Under the pieces are notes generated by a model. The model searched no databases and was not told the origin of the DNA. It worked only from the letters and a program-made list of their open reading frames with translations. Below, in pieces: positions 29,652 through 40,982 of a stretch of 64,000 nt of DNA (the stretch's first letter is position 1; each line of letters starts with the position of its first letter). Source of the stretch: a virus; the IMG/VR virus record IMGVR_UViG_3300008954_000023, positions 1-64,000 of that record; one strand, 5' to 3'. A program made the translations under genes and the position numbers.

Positions 29652-32600
29652 ATGCCTTCCCGCTCGCTCCAGCTCCATGGCTTCACGGTAGAGCCCTCTC
29701 GCTCTACCCCTGTGGCTGTTCTGTCCCCAGGCACCCTCTCGAAGGTCGTAGGGGCTGTCATCCAGCTGGATGGTCGTGGGTCGTACGACCCTGATGGCTC
29801 CGATCTGACATACACCTGGAGCTTCGAAGAGACTCCTCTCGGCTCTACGACGGATACGTTCCTGGAGACCGAGACCGACGGCTCTGTGGTCACTTTTGTC
29901 CCTGACATAGTAGGTCGCTACATCGTCGGCCTGAAGGTCTCGACTCCGTACCGTACCAGCGAGATGGTGCTGGCCACTGTCGATCTGACGCCCATCAACA
30001 CTCCGTTCCTCCTCCGGACCACTCCGGACGGGGACATCATGTTTCGCCTCATCTCTTCCTTCTGGCAGATGGTCGAGGAGAAGGCGGCCTTTAGTGCTTT
30101 GTGGTCTGGCTACATGCAGATCGCGGCCGCAGAGCTCCTTCGACTCTTCCAGGTCGACTACGCGAAGTCCATCAGGAACATCCAGCCGATGTTCCAACGA
30201 CGATGGATCGCCTACGAGCCTACGCTCAAGCTGGACCCTGCCCTCCATACTGGCGTCTTCGGGCACCACCAAAGCGGAAGCTCCGCCTTTACCGCAGCCG
30301 GAGCCGCCTCCGTCGTCGGCATCATCATCTCCGATCAGGAGATCCTCCTCCGTGACGGCTCCCCTTCCTTGGATGCCGTAGGCACAGAGCTGACCATCTA
30401 CTCCTCGGGTGGAGACCCAGGGAACATCGGCGACTACACCATTAATCGTATCAACAACGATACGACAGGGTACATCGTCTCGGCCTCTACACCCTTCCCT
30501 TCCCCGGAAGAGGAGGTGCTGACCACTGGTACGGACCTCGTGACCTTCCAGCTCGAGGATGAGGTCTACGTCGCTGACACAGGCGTTGACTTCTCCGCCC
30601 TGGAAGTGCAGAAGGGCGACATCCTCAAGATCTCGCAGGGGTACTTCAAGATCACGGGAGTAGGAACGGCCGATGGCCTTCTCAATGAGAGGACACTGAA
30701 GCTCGAGTCCTCTCCCTCCAAGACAGGTTCCGGCAACAGCTACATCATCTTCAAGGCCTTGCGGATTCTGGCTCGCAGGTCGGCGAAGCCCACCACGAAC
30801 ACTGTCTTCATTCCTGAGGATGAGGCAGATCTCTCCCTGTTCTCCTCCTCGGAGTTTTCCGGTACAGGCACAGTTCAAGGCACGCTCGAAATCAGAGTCG
30901 AGAGCCGGCACATCTTCCCGTCACTTGTCGGCCAGGCCATCACCATCACGTCTGGTGACGATGCTGGAACGACGTACACCATCGCCAGTCTGAACGAGGC
31001 ACAGAACGGCTACTACGTCAGCACCGAGTTCTCGACGACGGAGTTCCCCCAGACAGTCACGTACACCATCCCCCTGGTCTCGGACATCTCCAGCCGACTT
31101 CTCATCCTGGATGGCCGAGCCTACGAAATCACAGCCGCATACCTCGATGAGACTGGTATCTCCGTAGAGGATGGAGGCTTTGGACCGGTATGGGTCATCA
31201 CTCTCAAGGAAACAGCCGCACCTTCAAGCCGTGAAGGCATGGGATGGCGCATTCCTGCCGTCATCGAGTCTTCAGAGCATGAAGACCTGGAGGCAGAAGG
31301 TGTTTCCGCTGGAGACCTTCTGGTCTTGGACGTCCGTCGGGAGGACAACAGCACTATTGGCCGGCTGAAGTGCCTCGTTCTCGGCGCTGCAGGGACCAAG
31401 ATCGCCTTTGACCTTGGGCTGTCATCGTTGGATGCTGGAGAGAATGGGGCCATCCCAAACTCCGAGCTCCTGGAGCTCTCCGAAGCTCTTCGCGTTGCAT
31501 CTGTGGTCGTAGACGAGTTCGACGAGGGTGAGCTGGTCATCGCGCTGATGGCGGCTGAGATCGAGTCGTACTTGCAGAGTAGGGAGTTCCAGTCCTCGAT
31601 CTACAACCTCCCTCTCAACCCGTCTTCCTCGGTGAGTGTGGGACCTTTCACGGTCCGGTTCCGTGTCCGTCACATCATAAGGAACTGCCGTATTCCGGTA
31701 GATCCTTCTCTGTCTTCAGTCCCGGTCCTCATTGAGTACATCGACGAGCCTGTGGTCGGAGAGGATGAAGATGGACAGATCATCCATGTTGCGAAGGATG
31801 GTACGCAGACCGTCCTTGACCGTGAGCCGTTGGAGCTGATCGAGAACCGTGACTTCACAGTTGCGGCCGATGAGAACCTTACTGGGACGAACCTGGAGAC
31901 TACGGCAGACTCGGGACTTCTCACCATCCCTGGCGGGGATCTCATCGATAGGGATGTTCGTGTTGGTGACTTCATCGACATCAAGTCGGGCTTCGATCAG
32001 AGGCGGTACATCATCCTGTCGGTGGTGGACTCAGAGACAATAGACGCCATCTCCGAGGACCGTGAGGTCCCGGGCACGACGGCCACAGGCCTGAGCTACA
32101 CCCTCGTCCGCCGGACCCCGGGGAACTTCGTCCGCTTCGTGTCCGGGATGTTCACAGCAGCTCTCCCAGCTCCGGAGCGACTGTGGGCGCAGGTCAGCTT
32201 GTACGACAACTCTGAGCTCATCGAAGACAACTTCGGTGTCATGGTCGGGGTGACTCGAGAGCAGCTCGACGAGTACGGAAGTAGTCAGATCTCGTACAAG
32301 GGTGCTGTGACCGGCCTCATGTACGCCTGGACCAGTGGACCTACGGTTCGCAACGTGTCCATCGGTAGTCACATCCTGGTTGGTCTTCCTGTGACAGAGG
32401 TGGCAGGCCAGATCGTACAGATCGATGACACCTACGACACGGAGAACGGTGTTGGTCGGGTGCTGATCGAAGATCATGATCCACAGGGCAACAGCACTGG
32501 CCTGGTCAGGATTTACTACTACAACACCGCCGATGACGACACACTCAACGAGTTCGCCGGCCTGGCCACGAACCCGCTGACGGGCGCGACATACGACATC

Positions 32601-34421
32601 CTCGACATCGTTTCGGCCTTTGCTCCTTTGTCGAAGGGGGTGGTGGTTGCCGACTACCTGACGGAGCCGAAGTGGTGGGCCACGAACAGTACAGGAGCCT
32701 CAGAGCTTCGGAAGTACCACACCTGGCAGGTCCGACTCGATGCGGCACAGGTGGACTCCCGAGACATCCCTCTCATCCATGACTTCGTTTTCGGGATTCG
32801 GCCCATCTACACAGAGCCGGAAGTCGTTCTCGTCTTGTACCTGACGGATGACATCACCATCGAAGATGAGCTCGGTCTCGAAGGAGACCTTCTCCTCGCT
32901 GATGACATCGGGCAGTCCATCGAAGCTACGAGGATGACGGACTCCTACAATGGGAGCTCACTCACTCACCGTCTGTTCGACCACCCGTCCCTCAACACAC
33001 GGACCTTCTTCGAAGGCCGGGACCTGGTCACGACGGAGGGCTCTTCGACGGTGACTTCCGTTCGGGGAGGCTTCACCACGGATGGCACGCTCTCGGGAAT
33101 CAATGAGTGGTTCGAGGATGACGTCGAAGTCCGTGGTCCCGCTATCGTGCGGGTGGGAGACATCCTCTTCATCCGTGAGGGCGTGAACCGTGGCCGGTAC
33201 CGAGTCACGGCTGTGACCGACGACAACACTCTGGAGATTGAGCAGCTCACAGGCTGGCCGCCGAGGTCGATCCCTACGGATCAGATCGCTGCCCTGACAG
33301 GGCAGGTCTTCCAGCTTCAGCGACAGGATACTGAGGACCTGGTCTCTGTGTCTGACGTGACGGTGGTGTCCTACGACGCGGCCACCGATACGACCCAGAT
33401 CACGAGTCCGACGGCGAACTTCCGCTGGAACGGCTGTGCGGTCAACGACACCCTCGTAGTCGAGGATGGCGCAGACTACGGCCTCCATGAGGTTTTGCAG
33501 GTCGGGTACATCGACGGCTTCGGCGACCTGCAGAGTTTGGATACCATTCTTACCATTGATGGCGAGCTCACCGAGGCTGGGAGCTTCTCCATCACTGTCC
33601 GTCGAGATCGTCTCCGGACAAATCCTCTTGTTTCCCGTACTGATGGAATCACAACGGCGGCCTCTTCGTCCGTCGCACTGCCGTCAGGTGCGCTGTTGCT
33701 GGGACTGCAGTACGGGGATCTTCTCACGCCGCAGACCGGTGCCGATGCTGGCAAGGTCTTCAAGGTCATCGACGTTCCAGATGACACAACCATCTTCACG
33801 GACCAGGACTTCTCTGCCACGGAAGTCTCAGTTGAGTTCGAGGTCACACGCCCCTCACTCTTCGATGACTCTGGCACCTCGGACTCGGACGAGGAGCTCA
33901 CGCCCTTCGCTCCAGAGGACAAGGTCACCTTCACAGTCCTGGAGCCTCTGACCCAGCTCCTGGCCCTCACAGACCTGACCTTGACAGGAAACACCGCAGA
34001 GTCTCAGGCCACTGTCCTGCAGGGGACCGTGTCTGCTGGAGACAAGCTCACTGTCCCGTTCACCTCTGAGAACTCGGGAGTCTTCGAAGTCACGGACGTC
34101 TCGGGCAACATCGCGACAGTGGAGCACTCATGGCACACCGATGAGGGCCCATTCTCGGCCTCAGGCATCTTCCACACACTCGCAGCAGACTGGGAGGTCC
34201 ACGGCATCATTGTGACCCTGGTGGGAGCTACAGCTGCCGCTATGACAGGGGCCGGGCTCACCCTCTTCGACTTCGCGAAGCCAGGGGATGTGCTCGAAGT
34301 CGATGGTGTGGGTACACTGGTGATCGCCGAGGTGACCTCGAACTTCGTCCTGACGTTCACGAAGCAGAGCGGAGTGAACCCGGCGACCAACTATACTGGT
34401 AGGCTGAAGCGGGAGGCGTGA
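29652..34421 (+). CDS. Large baseplate/tail protein with N-terminal PKD domain and beta-repeat modules
   Basis: QLDGRGSYDPDGSDLTYTWSF = PKD signature; repeated GD.L.I..G...G.Y.I units; 1589 aa. Confidence 0.7.
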   Translation: MPSRSLQLHGFTVEPSRSTPVAVLSPGTLSKVVGAVIQLDGRGSYDPDGSDLTYTWSFEETPLGSTTDTFLETETDGSVVTFVPDIVGRYIVGLKVSTPYRTSEMVLATVDLTPINTPFLLRTTPDGDIMFRLISSFWQMVEEKAAFSALWSGYMQIAAAELLRLFQVDYAKSIRNIQPMFQRRWIAYEPTLKLDPALHTGVFGHHQSGSSAFTAAGAASVVGIIISDQEILLRDGSPSLDAVGTELTIYSSGGDPGNIGDYTINRINNDTTGYIVSASTPFPSPEEEVLTTGTDLVTFQLEDEVYVADTGVDFSALEVQKGDILKISQGYFKITGVGTADGLLNERTLKLESSPSKTGSGNSYIIFKALRILARRSAKPTTNTVFIPEDEADLSLFSSSEFSGTGTVQGTLEIRVESRHIFPSLVGQAITITSGDDAGTTYTIASLNEAQNGYYVSTEFSTTEFPQTVTYTIPLVSDISSRLLILDGRAYEITAAYLDETGISVEDGGFGPVWVITLKETAAPSSREGMGWRIPAVIESSEHEDLEAEGVSAGDLLVLDVRREDNSTIGRLKCLVLGAAGTKIAFDLGLSSLDAGENGAIPNSELLELSEALRVASVVVDEFDEGELVIALMAAEIESYLQSREFQSSIYNLPLNPSSSVSVGPFTVRFRVRHIIRNCRIPVDPSLSSVPVLIEYIDEPVVGEDEDGQIIHVAKDGTQTVLDREPLELIENRDFTVAADENLTGTNLETTADSGLLTIPGGDLIDRDVRVGDFIDIKSGFDQRRYIILSVVDSETIDAISEDREVPGTTATGLSYTLVRRTPGNFVRFVSGMFTAALPAPERLWAQVSLYDNSELIEDNFGVMVGVTREQLDEYGSSQISYKGAVTGLMYAWTSGPTVRNVSIGSHILVGLPVTEVAGQIVQIDDTYDTENGVGRVLIEDHDPQGNSTGLVRIYYYNTADDDTLNEFAGLATNPLTGATYDILDIVSAFAPLSKGVVVADYLTEPKWWATNSTGASELRKYHTWQVRLDAAQVDSRDIPLIHDFVFGIRPIYTEPEVVLVLYLTDDITIEDELGLEGDLLLADDIGQSIEATRMTDSYNGSSLTHRLFDHPSLNTRTFFEGRDLVTTEGSSTVTSVRGGFTTDGTLSGINEWFEDDVEVRGPAIVRVGDILFIREGVNRGRYRVTAVTDDNTLEIEQLTGWPPRSIPTDQIAALTGQVFQLQRQDTEDLVSVSDVTVVSYDAATDTTQITSPTANFRWNGCAVNDTLVVEDGADYGLHEVLQVGYIDGFGDLQSLDTILTIDGELTEAGSFSITVRRDRLRTNPLVSRTDGITTAASSSVALPSGALLLGLQYGDLLTPQTGADAGKVFKVIDVPDDTTIFTDQDFSATEVSVEFEVTRPSLFDDSGTSDSDEELTPFAPEDKVTFTVLEPLTQLLALTDLTLTGNTAESQATVLQGTVSAGDKLTVPFTSENSGVFEVTDVSGNIATVEHSWHTDEGPFSASGIFHTLAADWEVHGIIVTLVGATAAAMTGAGLTLFDFAKPGDVLEVDGVGTLVIAEVTSNFVLTFTKQSGVNPATNYTGRLKREA

Positions 34422-34627
34422 TGCTCCAGCGAGTCAAGAAGCGGCTTGGGTTCAAGGATAAGGCCAAGATCTTTGACCGCCTCCGTGTCACGGGAGGCGG
34501 CGAGAAGCCGGGTTACAGAGGGATCCGGATGTCTGACGGCTCACAGGTGCCGCTGGAGACGATCATGACGCAGTTCGGTGTAGATCGTGAACGGGCCCTG
34601 AAGATCCAGAAGAGGATGACCAGGTGA
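34418..34627 (+). CDS. Small basic hypothetical protein
   Basis: GTGA overlaps on both ends. Confidence 0.6.
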   Translation: MMLQRVKKRLGFKDKAKIFDRLRVTGGGEKPGYRGIRMSDGSQVPLETIMTQFGVDRERALKIQKRMTR

Positions 34628-35250
34628 TTGGATTCCTGCGAAGGCTGGCCCCTCTGCGGTGGTGGCAGCACGCCCTGAAGCACAACCCCGAGATCCGGGG
34701 ACATCTGCGCCTGGAGATGCGGGAGCGCGGGAAGCTCGTGGGTGTCCGCGAGGGTGACAATATTTGGACCCTCACGGGCCGGGAGTTCATCGCTGAGCTC
34801 ATTGCCATCAAGGCCACCAACCCCTCCAGGACCACCTTCCGTGATGACCGTGTCGGCTACATCGGCCTCGGTTCCGGATCTCAGAGCGAGGTCTCGAACA
34901 TCGAGAGCCTGGTGGACCCGGTCCCTTACAAGACGAACCTGTTCCTGGCGGCCCTCAACGCGCCGGCCACCTTCCCGACGTCGGGAAGCACGACGACGAA
35001 CACTGTGGCCCGCTTCATGCGGGAGTTCAGCACGAGCGAGATCTCTCTCGGCTACAACGTGGTGTTGACCGAGGCCGGCCTCTTCACGGACGGGAATCCC
35101 GATGATGACTGGAACATCGACCCGGACGACTTCCCTGTGAGCTGGAATGATGCCGCGGGCCGTGCTCCCATGGCCTACAAGACGTTTGAGCCCATCACGA
35201 AGACGACGCAGTTCAACCTGCGCGCCGTGTGGGATGTGAGGGTCGTGTGA
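34624..35250 (+). CDS. Tail-fibre attachment/collar-like baseplate protein
   Basis: YIGLGSG...LTEAGLF...YKTFEPITKT...WDV pattern typical of tail-collar fibre domains. Confidence 0.6.
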   Translation: MIGFLRRLAPLRWWQHALKHNPEIRGHLRLEMRERGKLVGVREGDNIWTLTGREFIAELIAIKATNPSRTTFRDDRVGYIGLGSGSQSEVSNIESLVDPVPYKTNLFLAALNAPATFPTSGSTTTNTVARFMREFSTSEISLGYNVVLTEAGLFTDGNPDDDWNIDPDDFPVSWNDAAGRAPMAYKTFEPITKTTQFNLRAVWDVRVV

Positions 35251-38200
35251 CCTATCGCCGTCATCCCTTCCTTCAGGGCAACACCGCTTCGGCAGTGTTG
35301 AACCAGCCAGAGATTCGCGGAGCTGTCTCCAAGGACTCTGATGGCAACTTCGCTCTCCCGGCCCCGACAGCCTCCGAGCTGGTCATCGAGACGGAAGACG
35401 CGGCGACTTCCGGCGGGATCTCGGCGGTCTTCTCGTCTGCCACCGACACATCTATCGAGTACGTCCTCTCGCAGATCAACACGACCCTCTCTGGCTACGC
35501 CACGGCCGTAGAGTACGAAGGCTGCATCGTCATCAGGAGTGTTGGTGTGGGCGGAGACGCCTACGTCCGTATCCTCCAGCCCATCTCTGGCTTCGAGGAT
35601 GCTGCCTCGGTTCTCGGATTCCCTGTGCATCCGAACCCGACGGCGACCGTCACAGCCGGAGACGAGCTGGACACACCCGTGCGGCCGCTGCAGCAGAGCA
35701 ACCCCGTCGGCACCAAGATGCTGGCTACCGGCGAGGATCGTGTCGGTCATGCCTACAACCGCATCCTCCGTGTTCTCGCCTCGAACATGGACACGCTCCA
35801 CAGCTGGTTGCGACGGTACATCGCCGTTCCGTTGATGGTGGAGATCGACGAGACTACGCACTCAGCCTACATCTCGAAGGATGCGACGACAGGAGACATC
35901 GAGCAGATCAACCTGGCTGCTGTAACGGCCATCACGCCGGACTCACTCGGCCGCTTCTTCATCGGAGGCTTGACTCGGGACTCCAGTCTGAGTGACATCG
36001 CGTCCATCATCGTGGTCACCGATCGTGACGACAACGAGCTACTGGCAGGTGACTCTGTCGTCCGCATCGGAGCCGTGACACGCGGTCAGCGAACGACGAC
36101 GATGCCGACGTTCGCCGATGACTACGCGGCCGCAGGCACGCCGCTCCCGGACACAACGGGGGTCTCCACCGACGGGTGGAACGCTCTTGGTGTGGAGAGG
36201 GTGAAGTCTACGATCTCCATCTCTGAGATTCGGCAGCGGACTGAGGTGGTGTGCACGGGTGCGACCTTCATCAGTGATGGAGTCGTCGCCGGCGACGTAG
36301 GCACCATCACGGGTGCCACAGTCTCCATGCCATTCAACCACAATGGTGCCTACGTCGTGGATGTCGTGGTCTCGGAAGAGATTCTCATTCTGCGGCCGTT
36401 CCCTGGCGGAGCGCATGTTCGGGAGCTCAACCCCGACGATTCGGGAGTCTTGGGCACTCTCACGGTTCGCTCCAGCGGGAACTTCGAGACGGACCTGTGG
36501 ATCTCGTTCTCTCCCGCACTCCCTCGCTTCCCCGAGGATGGGAAGATCCGGCTGCGTCTCGGTTACCGTCAGGAGCTGGGAGCTCTGGACGATGACGACA
36601 TCCTGCACTCCCTCCGGAACTCGGAGGAGGCGGATGGATGGACGCTCCTGAGCCTGTACCGTGCCCTCACCCTCGAGGGTGCGTACGCCGGCATGGGCAA
36701 GGGTGGAGGCTTCCAGGCGAGCATCACGCACAAGCCTGCAATCTTCGTAGGGAAGCAGGCGGATGGTCAAACCGCAGGGACGTCGGAGCGGAGCTCTTCC
36801 GACACGGCGACCCTCAACCTGGTCAACTTCCGCCTGACCATCGACGGGAACACAGACAGGTTCTACCTCGAGGATGTTGGCAGGGTCATCTGGCTGAACG
36901 CTACAGGGCTTCTCGTCAACGAGCCCTGGACGGTCATCAAGCTCATCGATGGTCGTACCGTAGAGCTGGCACCTCCGCTGCACAAGGTCGGCTCAGAGGC
37001 TACCTCAGGCGTCTTGAGTATCGACTCGTGGGAGCTCCGGGAGGAGGCCCGCAACGACCTTCAGTCTGTGCTGCAGGTGCTGTCGCCAGAGTACTTCAGC
37101 GAGTCCACCACACGGACACCGGGTCTTGGCTACGTCTTTGTTCGTGAGCAGCGTGACGAAGCCTCGACAGATGCCTCTATCCCTGGTCTCCTGTCCTATA
37201 TGGACCTGGAGAAGATCCGGCTCCATCGAGATGGTACGAACATCACCATCTCTGTGTCGCCCAGTGTGTCGGGGGACACGGTCGAACTTCCGTTCGATCC
37301 TGAGGACAGTTCCAACTTCTTTGCTCAGAATGCGGATACCAAGACGTTTGGTCTGCATGGATCGTTGACTTTTTGCCGTATCCTTCATGGCGAGAGTGCC
37401 GGTTTCTACCGTGTACAGGAGCTTACCTCTGCCGGAGGATCAGGTACGAATGCTGTAGTCCTTCGGACGCTGAAGGGAGCTACGCCGTCATTCGCTTCTG
37501 AGACGGACGTCTCGGTATCGTTCTACAACGCGCACTTCATGGTCGGAGCACCCATCTCTGGTGGACCAGAGAGTCTGGTGTGGACCTATGCGGCCTTGTC
37601 GTTGTATGCCGATTCGATCGATAACGATGCGTCGAGCGGGTGGTGTGCTCGTTTGGCGTGGCGTGGTGTGGGTGGAGGCATCTACGCCCACGTTAACGAC
37701 GCAGAGTTCGTAGCTTACGAAGCCGGGGATGCGGCGAATGGGCCTGCCATTCAGCTCTACCTGCACGCCCCGGCGGATGGGATTGATGTCCGCATTATCG
37801 GGTCTGACACTGGGGATGATGAGCGTCGTCAAGGCTTTGGTCATCGTATCGGGGCATACACGAATCTTCACGATCTGAACATCAATGCTCCTGTGGCAGA
37901 AGGCTCGGAGTTTGGTGAGTCCTTCGGTCTCGGTGTTCATCAGTCTGGTAAGGATCCTGCACAAGTCATCACCAAGACCGATGGTGATTCTTCGGAGCAG
38001 CATGCCGATACCGGCTACTCACGACTCACACCCAGTGCAGCCCTTCTCCTCGGCCGCGCAGGTACTCCGACGACGGCAACTGACTGGGCTGACGGAGTTA
38101 CGGGCCGCGGATCGGCGGCAGAGCTCCGAGGATCTGTTTGGATCTACTCTGACTTTGGCGCAGTGGAGACTGGCCGACCGGGTTGGAGTGGTGGTGGCCT

Positions 38201-40775
38201 GTTCGTCGAAGATGTCATCGGAGCGGGCCGGCATCTGTATCCGAGTCTGGGTATCTACAATCCCGAGGATTACCCGTACTACGGGGTAAGTCCGTTTGCA
38301 GGGTGGCAGCTTCCAACCCAGTTGGGCAGTCCCGGGCAGGTGCTCCCTGTCTCCGGATCTGATCTGACGGGAGAGTTGGAGCTTCCGGACTACGGCCTGT
38401 TCAACATGCCGCATGATGCGGTTCTTCGTATCGACGACATCAGCGCAGCAGGCCTGGATAAGCCGTATGCGCGCCTCATTGGCCATACGGTCTTGATTAC
38501 CGATCACGATCCAGGCACCTACACTGATGTTCGGTACGTGATTCAGGCGGTTCGGCTTGTCAGTGTCAACGAGATTGTCTTCTCCTTGGCACGCGAGAGT
38601 ACTACCCCTATCGTAGACCCCGGGAGCGTAGACTTCCGGATTTTGGGGAATCGGTGGTGGTGGTCGTACATCGATATCGCCGACTATATGCACCTCGGAA
38701 CGGCCGTCGAAACGGATGAGCGGTGGAAGCTCCCGACACTGTCCATCGGTCGTACGATGGACCAGTACCAGGACAAGAAGGATCTCACGTCCGGCAACAT
38801 TCAGGCATCAGAAGGCCAGCACTCGATTCCAGAGCTCAACCCCTCACAGGCGGGTGCAGGTATCGGGGATACGCAGGCCCTGACCTCCATGACCACGTTC
38901 TACGCCCTCTCTGGAATGGGTGGAGGATCGTGGGACCCTTCGAAGACTACGTCGGCAGATGTAGGAGCTCCAGGAGAGGTGTACTTCACCCAGGAATGGG
39001 GCGCAGATAATCGAGAAGCCTGTAAGCCCTTCCCCAACATGGGAATCGTTGCCTCGACAGAGCGGGACGCTACAGCTCTCGATTCGGCCTATCTGTCTGT
39101 GAGCAACCCCGGTTCTCTGCTCGCAGGGGACTGGACGCTGGAGCACGTGTCTCAGGGGACCGGGAACGGAGTGGTAGCACACTACCATCGACGGCTGGGC
39201 GGGGCGCTTCGCGTCATTACCCACGCTTCAAACACTGGCTCTGAGACTGACTCGATCCGCCTCTGGCGGAGGCCGTTCAGGGGCTCGAGTTCACTTATCT
39301 ACGGTTTCCGTGTTCGTGTCATCTATGAGATGAGTAGTACGGAGGCTCCAGGCTTTACAGCCGCCATCCGACGAGAGGACGGCACAGTTCTGGCTTCGAC
39401 CTCAGTGTCTGGGACAGACCAGCTGGTAGAGCTGGATTGGACTGTCAGCAAGTACGACCTTGAAGAGGCTCGAAGGACTGAGTTCTTTGGAAGTATCTTC
39501 AGCGGCGAAGGTCTCTACCTCACTATCGATATCGATGTGGAAGCTGGTGCGGGCCAGATCTGGTACTTCCATTCGATTCGTGTCGAATCGCTTACGCGCG
39601 CAGCCCGGGTCCATGCTCCTCTGGTCGTAGCAGGACCCATCACCTCGACAGGTCTACGGTATAGCAGTCCGGTCAAAGGCTACTGCACACGAGGCCCTTC
39701 GGATTCACAGTTCCTACATCCGGCTCCCTACGGCCGGAATGAAGCGAATGACGGGGATGGGTGGACCTCAGGTACTGGTCGAGCCTACGGGCATCAGGAG
39801 GGTCACGGTGTGGGCTCCTGGTATGACGAGTTCGATACTGTGTGGCGTCAGCCGGTGTTCCGTAGCTCAGATGTCTTCCGCGTAGGGATTCACAGTGCCG
39901 CGGTTCGCGGGGCCTATCCATACTTCGATCCGCTGTACTACGCGCAGGCGAGTGCTCGTGTGACGGCGGCGGGTGGAGATGTAGACTCCACGTACATGCA
40001 GCTTCCAGGTCGGACTGGTTTTCTGATCCCGTTCGATCCTCCGCATGGCGCTCGGATCTCCACACTGGACGTGGCCGTCAGCTCCCTTCCTCGGTGGGAT
40101 CCAGATCACGTCACCAAGCCGCTGTTCTGGGGGAACTGGCACTCTTACCCGACGCAGTTGGGGGCCGGAGCCTTCGAGACAGACGTCTCGGTCTGGAAGT
40201 CCGCCTCTAACTGGGATGATGCGGCAGGTGTGAAGGTTGTTCTTTGGCGCTACAACACCCTCCCGACTCACTCGTCCATGCCGCTCCACAGCGCAGAACG
40301 GACACAGGCCACAAATGTCGGGTTCGCGGAAGCAATCCTCTCACAGACGATTCCCTTCACCGATGACGATCTTCCAGATGTAGGAGATCATGTTGGTACA
40401 GGGACCGGAGCCACCCTTCTATCGGAGGCATCCTTCGTCCGGAACTGGGACCTCACCAAAATCGTAGAGGAAGAGGGCGGAGGTGTTCAGCTTCTTACCG
40501 TGGATCGTCGACAGTACTCCTACTTCTTGACGATCGAGTTCTGGATCGGCCCCCGACCTCGATCTCTGGCGAACTACTCCTACGGTGATGACGATGATCT
40601 GAACCAGCAGAACACAGATCACGAGGACTCCATTACTCAGGCATGGTTCGTCCCGACAATCACGCCTGACTTCCCACTGTCGACGGTGGGAATGCGAACT
40701 CCGCCTGTAGTGAAGTTCCGCGGTGCACGCCTCGGCTACGTCACTGACAGAGCCTCGCATGGTGGATGGTCATGA
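35247..40775 (+). CDS. Long tail fibre / receptor-binding protein (putative)
   Basis: ~1842 aa from GTG overlapping the upstream TGA; last large gene of the tail operon; GEDR...YNR..L..N pattern near the N-terminus. Confidence 0.65.
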   Translation: MTYRRHPFLQGNTASAVLNQPEIRGAVSKDSDGNFALPAPTASELVIETEDAATSGGISAVFSSATDTSIEYVLSQINTTLSGYATAVEYEGCIVIRSVGVGGDAYVRILQPISGFEDAASVLGFPVHPNPTATVTAGDELDTPVRPLQQSNPVGTKMLATGEDRVGHAYNRILRVLASNMDTLHSWLRRYIAVPLMVEIDETTHSAYISKDATTGDIEQINLAAVTAITPDSLGRFFIGGLTRDSSLSDIASIIVVTDRDDNELLAGDSVVRIGAVTRGQRTTTMPTFADDYAAAGTPLPDTTGVSTDGWNALGVERVKSTISISEIRQRTEVVCTGATFISDGVVAGDVGTITGATVSMPFNHNGAYVVDVVVSEEILILRPFPGGAHVRELNPDDSGVLGTLTVRSSGNFETDLWISFSPALPRFPEDGKIRLRLGYRQELGALDDDDILHSLRNSEEADGWTLLSLYRALTLEGAYAGMGKGGGFQASITHKPAIFVGKQADGQTAGTSERSSSDTATLNLVNFRLTIDGNTDRFYLEDVGRVIWLNATGLLVNEPWTVIKLIDGRTVELAPPLHKVGSEATSGVLSIDSWELREEARNDLQSVLQVLSPEYFSESTTRTPGLGYVFVREQRDEASTDASIPGLLSYMDLEKIRLHRDGTNITISVSPSVSGDTVELPFDPEDSSNFFAQNADTKTFGLHGSLTFCRILHGESAGFYRVQELTSAGGSGTNAVVLRTLKGATPSFASETDVSVSFYNAHFMVGAPISGGPESLVWTYAALSLYADSIDNDASSGWCARLAWRGVGGGIYAHVNDAEFVAYEAGDAANGPAIQLYLHAPADGIDVRIIGSDTGDDERRQGFGHRIGAYTNLHDLNINAPVAEGSEFGESFGLGVHQSGKDPAQVITKTDGDSSEQHADTGYSRLTPSAALLLGRAGTPTTATDWADGVTGRGSAAELRGSVWIYSDFGAVETGRPGWSGGGLFVEDVIGAGRHLYPSLGIYNPEDYPYYGVSPFAGWQLPTQLGSPGQVLPVSGSDLTGELELPDYGLFNMPHDAVLRIDDISAAGLDKPYARLIGHTVLITDHDPGTYTDVRYVIQAVRLVSVNEIVFSLARESTTPIVDPGSVDFRILGNRWWWSYIDIADYMHLGTAVETDERWKLPTLSIGRTMDQYQDKKDLTSGNIQASEGQHSIPELNPSQAGAGIGDTQALTSMTTFYALSGMGGGSWDPSKTTSADVGAPGEVYFTQEWGADNREACKPFPNMGIVASTERDATALDSAYLSVSNPGSLLAGDWTLEHVSQGTGNGVVAHYHRRLGGALRVITHASNTGSETDSIRLWRRPFRGSSSLIYGFRVRVIYEMSSTEAPGFTAAIRREDGTVLASTSVSGTDQLVELDWTVSKYDLEEARRTEFFGSIFSGEGLYLTIDIDVEAGAGQIWYFHSIRVESLTRAARVHAPLVVAGPITSTGLRYSSPVKGYCTRGPSDSQFLHPAPYGRNEANDGDGWTSGTGRAYGHQEGHGVGSWYDEFDTVWRQPVFRSSDVFRVGIHSAAVRGAYPYFDPLYYAQASARVTAAGGDVDSTYMQLPGRTGFLIPFDPPHGARISTLDVAVSSLPRWDPDHVTKPLFWGNWHSYPTQLGAGAFETDVSVWKSASNWDDAAGVKVVLWRYNTLPTHSSMPLHSAERTQATNVGFAEAILSQTIPFTDDDLPDVGDHVGTGTGATLLSEASFVRNWDLTKIVEEEGGGVQLLTVDRRQYSYFLTIEFWIGPRPRSLANYSYGDDDDLNQQNTDHEDSITQAWFVPTITPDFPLSTVGMRTPPVVKFRGARLGYVTDRASHGGWS

Positions 40776-40981
40776 GTGCCCTCAAGCGGGTCAACCCTCG
40801 CTTGAGAAAGGGACTCTCTGAGCATGCTGTACGGCTACTTCTGAAAGAACCCGCCCCAAAACGGCCAGTCCTTACGGTGAAGAAGCGCATCGAAGTACCT
40901 GAAGACGTTCTGCTTCAGGCCACTCAGTCACAGCTTCGCCGTAGGCTTCAAGGCGCGAAGAAGTCACGACGTAGGGGCTAA
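40772..40981 (+). CDS. Small basic hypothetical protein
   Basis: ATGA coupling; ends at the hairpin between convergent units. Confidence 0.55.
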   Translation: MSALKRVNPRLRKGLSEHAVRLLLKEPAPKRPVLTVKKRIEVPEDVLLQATQSQLRRRLQGAKKSRRRG

Positions 40982-40982
40982 A

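Noticed and set aside
5383-40775. Bacterial contractile injection system (eCIS/tailocin) rather than a phage
   Set aside because: Linked to a portal-like gene and a full phage-type replication module in the same window
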